DNA of 64,000 nt, from contig CBDFJF010000002.1 in the NCBI GenBank assembly GCA_965248265.1, positions 1,376,001 to 1,440,000 of the forward strand. The letters are read 5' to 3'. The translations under genes were made by a program, and so were the position numbers. The notes beneath the pieces were generated by a model. It was given only the letters and a program-made list of their open reading frames with translations, had not been told where the DNA came from and made no database searches. Source of the DNA: Candidatus Latescibacterota bacterium. Lineage in GTDB: Bacteria; Latescibacterota; UBA2968; UBA8231. Positions 1-10,600 of this stretch are shown in pieces. Numbering within the stretch: the stretch's first letter is position 1; the number at the start of each line of letters is the position of its first letter.

Positions 1-7
1 TCCGAAT

Positions 8-637
8 GTGTCCAATGCCGTCCCGTTCGGGGATGTGGTGAAGCTACCCGGAAATCGGCTGGCTGTTTCCTGCTACTCGATGCCGGCCGACCATCTGGAG
101 GATGAAGCCGACGACAGCGCCTGGATCTACTTCAGCGACGACGACGGCCGCACCTGGGGCGACGCCCGCATCCTCGGCCCGGACCGCTACAACGAAACCG
201 ACCTGCTGGTCCTTGGCGACGGCAAGATGCTGGCCGCCAGCCGCACGACGAAAACGGGCCACACCGAGATCTTTGCCTCTGCTGACGATGGGCAGACGTG
301 GACCTGCCGCGGTCCGGTGACGGCGGCCATGCACATGCCGGCCCATTTGCTGCAGTTACAGGATGGGTCAATTCTATTGACTTACGGCGTGCGGCTGCGA
401 GGGATGCTGGGTGTGTGTGCGATGATCAGCGGCGACGAAGGAGTCACGTGGGATGCTCCGCGGGTGCTGTTCAATACCGAAGTCTACAAGTCGAATACCA
501 GCCCCCAGGGCACAGATGGGGGGTACCCCTCAAGCACGCAGCTGGCCGATGGCACCATCGTCACAGCCTACTACTGTCAGCGCATTCCGACGCACCAGCG
601 CTATCACATGGGGGTCGTGCGTTGGCGCGTTTCTTGA
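8..637 (+). CDS. BNR/Asp-box sialidase-like beta-propeller protein (C-terminal part; probably starts before the window)
   Basis: Asp-box repeats SDDDGRTW, SADDGQTW, SGDEGVTW; C-terminal DGGYPS..L.DG....YY motif. Confidence 0.8.
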   Translation: MSNAVPFGDVVKLPGNRLAVSCYSMPADHLEDEADDSAWIYFSDDDGRTWGDARILGPDRYNETDLLVLGDGKMLAASRTTKTGHTEIFASADDGQTWTCRGPVTAAMHMPAHLLQLQDGSILLTYGVRLRGMLGVCAMISGDEGVTWDAPRVLFNTEVYKSNTSPQGTDGGYPSSTQLADGTIVTAYYCQRIPTHQRYHMGVVRWRVS

Positions 638-698
638 TCCGGGATCATACAGCAGCAACACAGATCTGAAGGCGAGATTCTCAACAGGAGATAGAAGA

Positions 699-2288
699 GT
701 GAGCACTGAATGGAATGATGCGCGAGGGTATTTCCCGGGTGACTGGGTCAGGCCCAGGAAGAGCACTGGGAATTGGCGTCCACTGGTCGATCTGACGGAG
801 GTCTTTCCCGGCCATCGCTCCATAAACCGCGCCGGCGCTTTCGAGCTGTATGATGCTCCTATCGGCGTCCGCCTGGCGGTGGAGGAAGCGGACAAGTCGG
901 ATCCGCTGGAGTTCGAGGGCGACATTGACGACGACGTCGATGACGTTACCAACTCCCTGCAGGTGTGGCGAGCGGATGACGGCTACCACCTGCTTTACTA
1001 CCAGGGACGACATGTCGCCTATGCGGTGAGTGAGGACGGCTACCGATGGACCCGTCCCTCCCTGGGGATCATCGAGAAGGATGGCTCGAAGGAAAACAAC
1101 CTGGTTACGGATGTCGGCGGTGACATGCTCAAGGCGGTATTCGAGGATCCGACCGCGCCACCGGAAGAGCGCTTCAAGGGTATGGGCTGCGAGGGAGCGT
1201 GGATCAATTCCGCGACCGGCCAGGTTGCCAACCAGGGCGAGGAAATGGATGAGAACGCAATCAAGAAATGGTGGGCTGATCAGGAGTATCAGGGACCAGA
1301 CTTCGAAGGCCCCCGGCTTGTTCTCAAAGGTCGAGTAGTCGGTTGGACCTCTCCCGACCGCATTCACTGGAAACGGTCTGACCGGATTCTGGCTAATTAT
1401 CCCATGGACGGAGGGCTTTCCGCCCGCTACGACGAAAAGTCCGGTTGTTACTATTCATACTGTCGCATCAACGGCGTGCCCCAGGAACAGTTCGAACTGA
1501 TCGGCAGCGGTGTTACCGAAGACACCATCTTTCACCGGGCGATCGGACTGACTCGAACCAAGGATTTCTACGACTGGCCGGCTCCCAAGCTGCTCATTTT
1601 TCCGGATGGCCAGGACGCCCCCGACCTTTCGTTCTACGGTGGCGAGTACTTCCCCTACCCGGGCGGGGATGATCTGCATTGCATGTTGGTACAGGCGTAT
1701 CATCATGCCACCGATTCCGTGGACAGCCAGCTCGCCGTCAGTCGCGACGGCCTGATCTGGCAGCGTCCCGAACGCAAGGCGATCATTCCGCTGGGCGCTC
1801 CCGGCGCCTCCGATTCAGCCCAGGTCTATTCCTGGGGTAGCGGCATCGCGGAATTGCCGGACGGCTCCTGGGGGTCACTCTACGCAGGATACACCACCCT
1901 GCACAACGAACATGCCCGGGAAGCGCACGACAAGGCTATACGGTGGGCCCGCTGGAGGCCGCACCGATTCTGCGGCGTCGAGGCCGACGTGGAGGGAAGA
2001 TTTACGATTCCGACGGTGACACGCACCGGCAATCAGCTGCGGCTCAATTACCGCTGTCGTCCGGGGGGATGGATCAAGGCAGAGATCCTGCGCAACATTC
2101 CGTCGAGGATTCACCCCGACATCGATCCGGTCGCTGGTCTGACGTTCGAAGAGAGCGATCTCCTCAAGGGAGATGCCCTCGACCAGGTGGTCACCTGGAA
2201 CGGCAACAGCGATCTGTCAGGGGCAGGGGAGACGGTGGCGATCAGGCTGCGGCTGTTCCAGGCGAAGGTCTTCGCGTACCACGTCTGA
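699..2288 (+). CDS. Hypothetical glycosidase-like beta-propeller protein (GH32/GH130-like clan), paralog of 2387..3976
   Basis: GTG at 699 after AGGAG, in frame with ORF 453..2288; AVSEDGYRWTRP, SRDGLIWQRP, C-terminal LRLFQAKVFAY. Confidence 0.7.
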   Translation: MSTEWNDARGYFPGDWVRPRKSTGNWRPLVDLTEVFPGHRSINRAGAFELYDAPIGVRLAVEEADKSDPLEFEGDIDDDVDDVTNSLQVWRADDGYHLLYYQGRHVAYAVSEDGYRWTRPSLGIIEKDGSKENNLVTDVGGDMLKAVFEDPTAPPEERFKGMGCEGAWINSATGQVANQGEEMDENAIKKWWADQEYQGPDFEGPRLVLKGRVVGWTSPDRIHWKRSDRILANYPMDGGLSARYDEKSGCYYSYCRINGVPQEQFELIGSGVTEDTIFHRAIGLTRTKDFYDWPAPKLLIFPDGQDAPDLSFYGGEYFPYPGGDDLHCMLVQAYHHATDSVDSQLAVSRDGLIWQRPERKAIIPLGAPGASDSAQVYSWGSGIAELPDGSWGSLYAGYTTLHNEHAREAHDKAIRWARWRPHRFCGVEADVEGRFTIPTVTRTGNQLRLNYRCRPGGWIKAEILRNIPSRIHPDIDPVAGLTFEESDLLKGDALDQVVTWNGNSDLSGAGETVAIRLRLFQAKVFAYHV

Positions 2289-2386
2289 GTTGCCGGGTTC
2301 ACCCCGACGAAGGCCGGCACGCACCGGATCGGAGTCCGGGGCGGTGCGCGACGAGCCGTGCGCTCACATCGGGAAGCGGCGGCTCC

Positions 2387-3976
2387 TCACACCTGGTAGG
2401 CGAATATCTTGGCCTGAAACATTTTCAGCCGGATAGCCACAATGTCGCCGATGCCGGAGATGTCACTCCTGCCGTCCCACGTCACGACTTGATCGCCGGC
2501 ATCCCCCGTCAACCGGTCACACTCCTCGAAGGTGAACCCCGCGAGCGGGTCGACGTCGCCGTGCATCATGGATGGCATCATGTGCATGAGCTCCACACTC
2601 ACCCAACCACCGGGTTGGCAGCGGTAGTTCAGGCGCAATTCATTATTGCGACGGTAGATAGTGGGTACGGTGAATCGCCCCTCGGTCTGGGCATCGAAAC
2701 CGCAAAAGCGGTGCGGCTCCCATAGGGCCCATCCCATCTTTCTGGGCTGATTTAGCGGGAACAGGGTGTTGACCGACTCCTTCTTGATGTTGTGGAGCTG
2801 GGATTCGCCCCAGTAGGTGGCGCCCCAACGGCCATCACCCAGTTCGACGATACCCGAGGCGCCGATCATGCAATCTTCGCCACTACCGGGAGGGCCCAGC
2901 GTGACGATGGGTCGGCGTTCGGGGCGGTACCAGATAAGCCCATCGCGGCTGAAGGCGATCTGCGCGTCCATCTGGCCGGTCATGTGATGGAAGACCGGCG
3001 TCAGCATGCCGTGGAGGTCCGAGCGTCCCGGATAGGGGAAGTAGCAGTGTGCGTAGAAGGCGATGTCGAGGGGGTCCTGGGAGTCGGGATGCATGATGAG
3101 TTTGGAGCCCGGCCATTTTCGGAAATCCTTGGTTCGGCAAAAACTGTTGGCACGGCGCACCATCTCGACTTCCTGTACGCCCGTTCCGATGCCGATCGAT
3201 TCCGGGGGAAATCCCTGCGGTTGCATGTACGCGAAGTAGGTGCCGCTGGCCTCATCATAGCCGGCGTTGACGCCGCCGTTGACGGAGTAATCCGCCAGCG
3301 GCTCCTCTATCTGCTTCCACCCGTGAAAACGATCCGGGGATGTCCAACCGACCATCCACCCGCGCAGCACCACCTTGGGACCCTTGTAATCATTGCCCTC
3401 GTAGTGCATGGCGTTCCAGCGCTTGCGGGCTTCCTCTTCATCCAGCTTTTCCCAGTTGTCGGGATCGTACCAGCCGGCACCCGCGCCAACGGCCTTGAAG
3501 CGTTCCTCCGGCGGTGCAGAGGGGTCCTCGAAAATGCCCCCCTCCGGGTGGTTGGCGTGCATGTTGTTCTTCTTCGAGCCCTTGTACTCCACCTCTCCCA
3601 GTTCGACACGGGTCCAATGGTAGCCGTCGTCACTGACGGCGTAGCAGTAGGCGCTGGGCCCAGAGGCCTGGTAAAACATGTGGTAGCGCCCCTCTTCGAC
3701 CCACACATCGCCTGGTGAGACCCCCTCCTTTTCCCATTCGACCTCTGAGTCAAATACGATTGGCGCCTTGGTGGCTTCTTCTATTTTGAGCTCAACCCCT
3801 ATGGGAGCGTCGTAGAGGTTGTACTCGCCCTGGCGGGAAACGGATCGGTTGCCGGGAAAAATTTCTGAGACATCGATCAACGGCATCCACGTGCCAGGGT
3901 TGCTTCTGGGCCTGACCCAGTCACCTGGGAAAAACCCCTGCCATGGTCCGTGGGGCATGTCTCTCTTTTCATTCAC
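2387..3976 (-). CDS. Hypothetical glycosidase-like beta-propeller protein, convergent paralog of 699..2288
   Basis: 529 aa; shares FPGDWVRPR, LYDAPIGV, PPEERFK, SRDGLIW, LRLNYRC, FQAK.FAY with the neighbour; GAGG RBS. Confidence 0.75.
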   Translation of the reverse strand: MNEKRDMPHGPWQGFFPGDWVRPRSNPGTWMPLIDVSEIFPGNRSVSRQGEYNLYDAPIGVELKIEEATKAPIVFDSEVEWEKEGVSPGDVWVEEGRYHMFYQASGPSAYCYAVSDDGYHWTRVELGEVEYKGSKKNNMHANHPEGGIFEDPSAPPEERFKAVGAGAGWYDPDNWEKLDEEEARKRWNAMHYEGNDYKGPKVVLRGWMVGWTSPDRFHGWKQIEEPLADYSVNGGVNAGYDEASGTYFAYMQPQGFPPESIGIGTGVQEVEMVRRANSFCRTKDFRKWPGSKLIMHPDSQDPLDIAFYAHCYFPYPGRSDLHGMLTPVFHHMTGQMDAQIAFSRDGLIWYRPERRPIVTLGPPGSGEDCMIGASGIVELGDGRWGATYWGESQLHNIKKESVNTLFPLNQPRKMGWALWEPHRFCGFDAQTEGRFTVPTIYRRNNELRLNYRCQPGGWVSVELMHMMPSMMHGDVDPLAGFTFEECDRLTGDAGDQVVTWDGRSDISGIGDIVAIRLKMFQAKIFAYQV

Positions 3977-3994
3977 GGTTTTTTTCCTCTCTGA

Positions 3995-5107
3995 CTAATC
4001 GGCTTCTATGGTCGTGCGCGGCAGGGCGAGCACTTCTGCACTCAGTTCGCGGCCCAGACCGGGTCGTTGGGGTAGGGGCAGGTGGCCCTGCGCCCATTCG
4101 ATGGGCTCATCGAGCCAGTTGTTCCATACAGTATAGTGTTGGGGCGTGTGCTCCAGGTGGCGGGTATTCGGGATGACGGCCATCAGATGCGTCAGGGCCA
4201 GACAGCTGAACGGTCCGTAGTTGTGCGGCGCCATCGGGATGTAATGGGTCTCGGCGTAGGTAGCGATCTTGCGGAGTTCGGAGATGCCGCCGGCCCAGGC
4301 GATGTCCGGGTTGAGCACGTCGGCCGCATTCGATTCGATGATCTCACGGAAACCCCAACGTGACAGGATGCGTTCGCCGGCCGCGATCGGCACCCCGGAG
4401 CTTTCGCGCACCTCGCGCAAGGCGGCAGGGTTATGCGGCTGTATGGGCTCCTCCATGAAGTAGGGGTTGAACGGTTTGATCGCCCGGCCGATACGGATGG
4501 CACTGGGCACGTCGAAGGAGCAGTGCAGATCGATTCCGATTTCCATCTGATCACCGACGGCCTCGCGCGCCCACTCGAAGCGGCGGGCGCCTTCGGCGGC
4601 ATTGGCCGCGCTGATATAACCGGCCGTGTCGCCGTAGAAGTCACCGAAGAAGCGGGCGGTTTTGCAGGCGGTCCAGCCAGCGTCGACGCATTTTTTGGAC
4701 CAGTCCTGGACCTCGTCTTTTTTCATGTCCACCGGATCATAAATACCGCTGTAATAGATGGGAACCTGGTCGCGGGTCTGGCCGCCGAGGATGCGGTAGA
4801 GCGGGCGGTCGAGGGCTTTGCCAAGCAGGTCCCACAGCGCCAGGTCTATGCAGCTGATAGCCCGCAACTCCGCGCCCATGAAGCCGAACAGGGAGGCCCG
4901 TTTGTACATCTGTTGCCAGATCTTCTCGATGTCTTCAGGATTGCTGCCCAGCAAGATGGAGCTGGCGTATTCGTGAATGAAGGCCTCGGCCCCATGGGCG
5001 CCATGGTGCGTTTCGCCGATACCGACAAGACCGGTATCCGTATAGACGAGAATCCAGCAGTACCCTTGAACGGTTGAGCGAACAGTCTCTACTTTGACGA
5101 TCTTCAT
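3995..5107 (-). CDS. Mandelate racemase/muconate lactonizing enzyme family (galactonate dehydratase-like)
   Basis: Start MKIVKVET; DLALWDLLGK, IDLH, MEEP, AGER, PHN motifs. Confidence 0.85.
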   Translation of the reverse strand: MKIVKVETVRSTVQGYCWILVYTDTGLVGIGETHHGAHGAEAFIHEYASSILLGSNPEDIEKIWQQMYKRASLFGFMGAELRAISCIDLALWDLLGKALDRPLYRILGGQTRDQVPIYYSGIYDPVDMKKDEVQDWSKKCVDAGWTACKTARFFGDFYGDTAGYISAANAAEGARRFEWAREAVGDQMEIGIDLHCSFDVPSAIRIGRAIKPFNPYFMEEPIQPHNPAALREVRESSGVPIAAGERILSRWGFREIIESNAADVLNPDIAWAGGISELRKIATYAETHYIPMAPHNYGPFSCLALTHLMAVIPNTRHLEHTPQHYTVWNNWLDEPIEWAQGHLPLPQRPGLGRELSAEVLALPRTTIEAD

Positions 5108-5283
5108 CTTCGGTCTTTCTGCATTGGCTGGAACAGCGCGGATGGAGATTTGGAGTACAAGATGATGCGGGAATGCACGGCAAGATATCCAAATCCACGA
5201 CACCGCTCAAGCACCGGCAACAACAGCGGCTCGGTGCTTTGGATGCCCGGCATCAGGTGGAGGCCACCAACTCTTAGGGAGGC

Positions 5284-6429
5284 TTGATGAAGGCGACGAT
5301 CGAACAGCAACGAGAGCAGCTCGCGGAGTCGGGATACGCCATCATCCGCGGCATGATCCCACCAGACGAGCTGCAGCGGCTGCGCGAGAGTGTCGAGCGG
5401 ATGATCGAACGGGTTCCGGAGTCAACTCCAACTGACCGGCTGACGACAACCGAGTGGGTCGAGGCCGAAACCGCCGACGCCGTGGAATTCTGTTTCGACG
5501 AGCGCACCCTCGGCCGCAGTCGGCGATTGATGGATGTGCCTTCCGTGGCACCATTGGGAATGTTTCTGGTGTCCACCTCGGGCACGGGGTGGCATCGCGA
5601 CATCGTACCCATGGACATGGCTCCTCTTGATGGACTGCGGGAAGATCAGAGGCTCAACGGTCTGCCTTACCTGCAGTGGAACGTGGCGTTGTATGACGAC
5701 AGCTTCCTGCATTTCGTTCCGGGAAGCCACCTGCGTCGCAACAATGCCGAGGAGCGCAAGATCGAGCGGCGGATGGGAGTGGTGCCGTTGCCGGGAGCTA
5801 TCACCGTCGACCTCAAGGCCGGTGACGCGATCGTCTATAACCACCACTGCCTTCACAGCGCCGCGCCCAACGGCGAGCTCACGCGGCGCACCTTGATCAT
5901 GGGGTACGAGGCCTTCGGCAACAGGGGGTTCGTCCACTACCTGCACGAACCCATCGGCGTCGATTTCGTCGAACACCTTTCGCCACAGGCTGCGGAACAG
6001 AGTAAGCAGTTCGACAGGCTGCACGAGCAAAGACGAGACGAAATCGTAGCCACCTACCGCGCCATCATCGAGGCAGACCGCACGGTGTTCCTGCGCGCGC
6101 TCGATTCTTTGCATCCGAGTGAGCACTGCCGGATGACGTCTCTGATCGTGCTGACGAAAATTGCCTACAAACTGCGCAAGTACAAGGATTCAGATTCGGA
6201 CGACTGGCAAAACACCAATGCCATCAAAATCCTCGGAGCGCGTTTCACCGCGGATGAACTGGATCGGCTCTGGGATCGATTCGCAGTGCTGAATGACGAA
6301 TTGACGGCGGAAACGGAGCAGTCCGAGTCGCTGTTTCAGGGCGAACCGGCGATGATGTATTACTACTACGAGATGCCGGCCAACTTCGGCGTGGAGGATT
6401 TCATCGCCAGCTGGGACGGTTTGAGGTAA
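5284..6429 (+). CDS. PhyH-family Fe(II)/2OG dioxygenase with long C-terminal extension
   Basis: GYAIIRG, WHRD, VPGSH, distal His in HCLHS; GGAGG RBS. Confidence 0.8.
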   Translation: MMKATIEQQREQLAESGYAIIRGMIPPDELQRLRESVERMIERVPESTPTDRLTTTEWVEAETADAVEFCFDERTLGRSRRLMDVPSVAPLGMFLVSTSGTGWHRDIVPMDMAPLDGLREDQRLNGLPYLQWNVALYDDSFLHFVPGSHLRRNNAEERKIERRMGVVPLPGAITVDLKAGDAIVYNHHCLHSAAPNGELTRRTLIMGYEAFGNRGFVHYLHEPIGVDFVEHLSPQAAEQSKQFDRLHEQRRDEIVATYRAIIEADRTVFLRALDSLHPSEHCRMTSLIVLTKIAYKLRKYKDSDSDDWQNTNAIKILGARFTADELDRLWDRFAVLNDELTAETEQSESLFQGEPAMMYYYYEMPANFGVEDFIASWDGLR

Positions 6430-6435
6430 GTCGAT

Positions 6436-7224
6436 ATGGCCGAATATACGTTTCCAGATCTGCAGGGCCTGGTTGCGGACTACGACCGGGATGGCTATGC
6501 CGTCATCCGTCGCGTGCTGGATGCCGATCTGGTTCAGGAGTTGGATCAGCACGTAGACTGGCTGATGGCGAAGCACCCCGAGCTGTCGCCGGAAGAGCTT
6601 CCCACCAGGCTCATCGCACAGGATCCATTCTGGGTTCGTTTCTTGTCCGATCAGCGATTGCTGGATGTGGCCGAAGCCCTGGTGGGTCCCAACATCGCCC
6701 TGTTCGCCGCCGATTACATCTGCAAGCCGCCGCTCAAGGGCCGTGCTGTTGAGTGGCATCAGGACGGTCACTACTGGCCGCTCGATCCGATGGATGTAGT
6801 CACCGTCTGGTTTGCCGTGACTCAATCTGTAAAGGCCAACGGATGTGTCCGGTTTATCCCCGGCAGCCATCGCCTGGGTATCCAGCAACACTCAACGGAG
6901 CGGGATGAGACCAAGATGCTTCGCAAGGTCGACGAGGCCGCCCTCGACGAGAGCCTGGCTGTCGATATTGAGCTCGAAGCTGGCGACATTTCGGTCCATC
7001 ATCCACACCTTCTGCATGGATCCGAACCCAACACCAGCGAGCGATGGCGGCGCGGCGGATCGATTCAGTACATGCCGGCCACCACCCGGGTGACGGTGCA
7101 GAAGTGGCCTAGCCTGTTCCTGTTCCGGGGCGAGGCAGTCGAAGGTGTCAACGACTACCGTCCACGTCCCATGTATGTCGAGGGTGAGCACATGCCGTTT
7201 CGCAACTGTGAGGCGTGGGCGTAA
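6436..7224 (+). CDS. PhyH-family Fe(II)/2OG dioxygenase
   Basis: WHQD, NGC..FIPGSH, LLHGS.PN...RR motifs. Confidence 0.9.
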   Translation: MAEYTFPDLQGLVADYDRDGYAVIRRVLDADLVQELDQHVDWLMAKHPELSPEELPTRLIAQDPFWVRFLSDQRLLDVAEALVGPNIALFAADYICKPPLKGRAVEWHQDGHYWPLDPMDVVTVWFAVTQSVKANGCVRFIPGSHRLGIQQHSTERDETKMLRKVDEAALDESLAVDIELEAGDISVHHPHLLHGSEPNTSERWRRGGSIQYMPATTRVTVQKWPSLFLFRGEAVEGVNDYRPRPMYVEGEHMPFRNCEAWA

Positions 7225-7233
7225 AGACTGGCT

Positions 7234-7422
7234 TCAGGAGGCTTCGTTTACCTTCCAACCGGGCAGCTTGGGGCCCCATTCGAGCGGGTTGTGCCAATCC
7301 TTGAATACAGTTTCATCCAGGTGCTTGTCAGGGTCCCTGAAGTCCAGGACCTTGCCTGACGGGCATTGGGTTAGATCGATCTGCGCCAGCACTATGTTCG
7401 TAGCGTTGTTGTCTTCAGCCAC
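7234..7422 (-). pseudogene. Short ORF, probably the C-terminal remnant of a gene
   Basis: 62 aa with protein-like DWHNPLEWGPKLPGW in a lower-GC intergenic stretch; no recognisable family. Confidence 0.3.
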
Positions 7423-7516
7423 CTTCAGTCCCTTTCAGAAGAGCTCCCTACACACGGAGAACGATGAGGTCCGGACGAAATTGCTAGGCATATCGTTAGT
7501 TTATATCGCTTTGGGA

Positions 7517-7547
7517 GTTGGTGTCGAGTGGAACCCTCGCCAACAAC
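7517..7547. promoter_or_regulatory. Inverted repeat, candidate enhancer (UAS) for the sigma54 promoter
   Basis: GTTGGTGTCGAG-N7-CTCGCCAACAAC (10/12 arm match), about 40-70 bp upstream of the -24 box. Confidence 0.45.
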
Positions 7548-7588
7548 TTCACGAGGTTAGCAACACCTCACGCTCCTGCCGCCCTTCT

Positions 7589-7604
7589 TGGCACGTCCCT
7601 TGCA
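7589..7604 (+). promoter_or_regulatory. Sigma54 (RpoN) -24/-12 promoter
   Basis: TGGCAC-GTCCC-TTGCA, an exact match to TGGCAC-N5-TTGCW, intergenic and about 95 bp upstream of ATG 7700. Confidence 0.8.
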
Positions 7605-7699
7605 ATGGTGTATGGTATTGCCCTCGGACGACTATGCTCTGAAAACTATCAGCCACACAATACCGTTCTTGTTCACCGTACATCCACCCGGGAGATACC

Positions 7700-10600
7700 A
7701 TGCAGCTTTCCGTTCGACGATACCTCGTTTTTCTCAGCATCCTGGTCCTGGCCCCGCTGGCACAGGCCAGTGCCCAACCCTTCTTCACCAACATCACCGA
7801 TGCCGTCAGCCTGACCGCCTCCGACCTCGATAATACTCCTCCGACCGGTCTTGTCTTCAACGACTACAACAACGACGGCTTCCAGGATGTTTTTGTTTCG
7901 AATTTTCCCGGAAACCGTCTCCACCTGTTGCAGAACACGGGAGACGGTCGCCTGATCGACATGACCTCCGCAATCCCGAGTGAGCTGCACAGGGTCCCGG
8001 GGTTCGGCATTATAGCCGACTATGATAACGACGGGGATGAAGACCTTTATCTGGCGGTTTCGTTCCCTCCTCGCAATCTCCTCCTGCGCAACGACCACGG
8101 TCTATTTACCGAAGTCACCTGGGACGCCGAAGCGACTCCGTTGTTTTCCGCTGGAGCGATCTGGCTCGATTATGACCGGGATGGGCATCTCGACCTCTAC
8201 GTCGACAACCATTTCGGCAACCCGCTGCGAGGCAAACGACTGTTTCGCAGCAACGGTGCGGGCCTCTTTGTCGATCGCACGGCAGTGTCAGGTTTGGACA
8301 GCATCTTTCATCCCCAGTCGGGCGGCTCTGTTGGCGGCATGGCCGGCGGCGACTTCAACAACGACGGCTGGCCCGACCTCTATATCGGCGTTGGCGCCCA
8401 CCCCCTTTTCGGCGATGCCACCAACATTCCGAATCGACTGTTTCTCAGCGACGGCCAGGGCGGCTTCGTGGATGCTACCACCGGTGCGATTGCCGACGAG
8501 GGCGACGCGGTCAGCGCTGTCGTCGGAGACATCGACAACGACGGGGACCTCGACATCTTCCAGCCCGCGATCGGATGGACCCGTGATGGAACCGGGTTCG
8601 AGTTTGCTTTCGATGAGCAAGGATCCCGTAACCTGATGCTGTTGAATCTGGAGGACGGGCAGTTCCTTGACGTCACCGAAGGCGTCGGCCTCGGTGTAAG
8701 TGTCCTGGGTGCCAACTCGACGGGTGCCGTTTTCGCTGATGTCGACAACGATGGCGATCTGGATCTCATTATCGGCACTTCGGTAACGCAATCGGGACCG
8801 AGGAACTTCCTTCTGCTGAATGACGGCAGCGGTGTCTTCACGGACGCGACGAACCAATCCGGAATAGACGACCGCGGAATAGTTCTGGCCTTTGGCGACT
8901 TCGACGAGGACGGTTTCGTCGATCTCTTCTACTCCGGCACTCGTTGTTGCGCCTTCGTCTACCGCAACAACGGCAATAACAATCACTGGCTGCGAGTCGA
9001 GCTGAACGGCATAGAGAGCAACCGCAATGGCATCGGCGCCCGTTTGATCGCTGAGGCCGGCGACCTGGAGCAGATGCGGGAGATGCCGGGCGGCAAGGGT
9101 CGACAGCAGAACGAGAGGGTTGCGCACTTCGGCCTGGCCCAGCACACCCAGGTGGACCGGCTGGAGATCCGCTGGCCTTCGGGACAGGTGGATGTACTGG
9201 CGAACATTCCCGCCGACCAGAAGATCCGCGTGGTTGAAGGGCAGGGTGACTATCACATTGTCCACCCGACGATCTGGGAGCGGCGGCCACCGACCGCCCT
9301 GGTCGCGGAATCGACGGGCGAGCTGACCGCCCTGGTTCGTCCAGCTCTGTTCGACGCTCAATCCCGGATCACTCGAGTCACCGCTGATCTGAGCGGGGTG
9401 GGAGGGCCGATGGCGTTCGATCTCAGCCCTGAAGAAGAGGGTACCTACCGACTGAACGCGCCTTATCAGATCGACGGGCCCAATCGCGTCGAGACGGTTT
9501 GGGTCACCATCGAGCAGGCGACGTCTCTCGGGCCGTACTGGACGAAGCTTGCGGCACAGATCGAGGTCTGGCCCACCGGGGATCTGAGCGTATTCGGGGA
9601 TGCGAGCGCGGGATGGGCACTGACTCAGGAGCGGATCGAAGTGCGCCTGACGCACGACAGCGCCCGGGATGAACGCCCATCATGGTCACCGGATGGCAGC
9701 TCGATCACGTTCGCTTCATTTCGGGATGGCGATGCCGAGATCTACGTGATGGACGCGGATGGGACGAACCAGGTAAACCTCACCAACCATCCTGACGCTG
9801 ACCTGGATGCGGTGTGGTCACCCGATGGCACCCGCATCGCTTTTCACTCTGATCGGGATGGCGATTAGGATGTGCACGTGATGGACGCAGACGGCGGCAA
9901 TCCAATGGCTCTGACGACCAGCTTAGGCGACGACACTTGGCCGACGTGGTCGCCCGACGGGACCCGCATCGCCTTCTCCTCTGAGCGCGACGGGGATCGC
10001 GAGCTGTATGTGATGAACGCCGACGGCACGAACGACGTGCGACTGACGGAGCATCCGGGCCCTGACTCTAAGCCGAGATGGTCGCCGGACGGCTCAAAGA
10101 TCGCCTTCGAATCTGAGCGCGACGGAGAGTGGGAGATCTATGTGATGAATACCGACGGCTCGAATCAAGTGAACCTGACCAACAGTCCTTCTTCTTCGGA
10201 TCATCGGGCGACCTGGTCTCCCGACGGCTCGAGGATCGCCTTCGAATCCACCCGTGACGGAAACTTCGAGATCTATGTGATGAACGCCGACGGCAGCGGC
10301 GTCGTTCGGCTCACCGACAGCCCCGGGCAAGACTTGTCTGCCAGCTGGTCGCCCGACGGGACGAAGATTCTGTTCACCTCAGGTCGGGCAGGCAACTTGG
10401 ACATCTATTCGATGGAGGTCGGAGCAGGGGCGCTGACCGTTCTGGATCCGCAACCGATGGAAGTGGTCTTCGAAGGCGATACGGCGCTGGAGGTGATCGC
10501 CGACGGAGACTGGAGCGTGGCCTATGCGGCATCTGAACCCCACGCCCAGACAGGGTACGACGTCCTGCGCCTGGCCCTTCACCCCGGCGATGTTACAGCG

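Noticed and set aside
2289-2386. REP or MITE between the convergent paralogs
   Set aside because: GC-rich hairpins are present but I found no second copy; probably a terminator region
9866-9868. Genome-wide TAG reassignment
   Set aside because: TAG ends many genes at expected C-termini here (14612, 24887, 26463, 32560, 38596)
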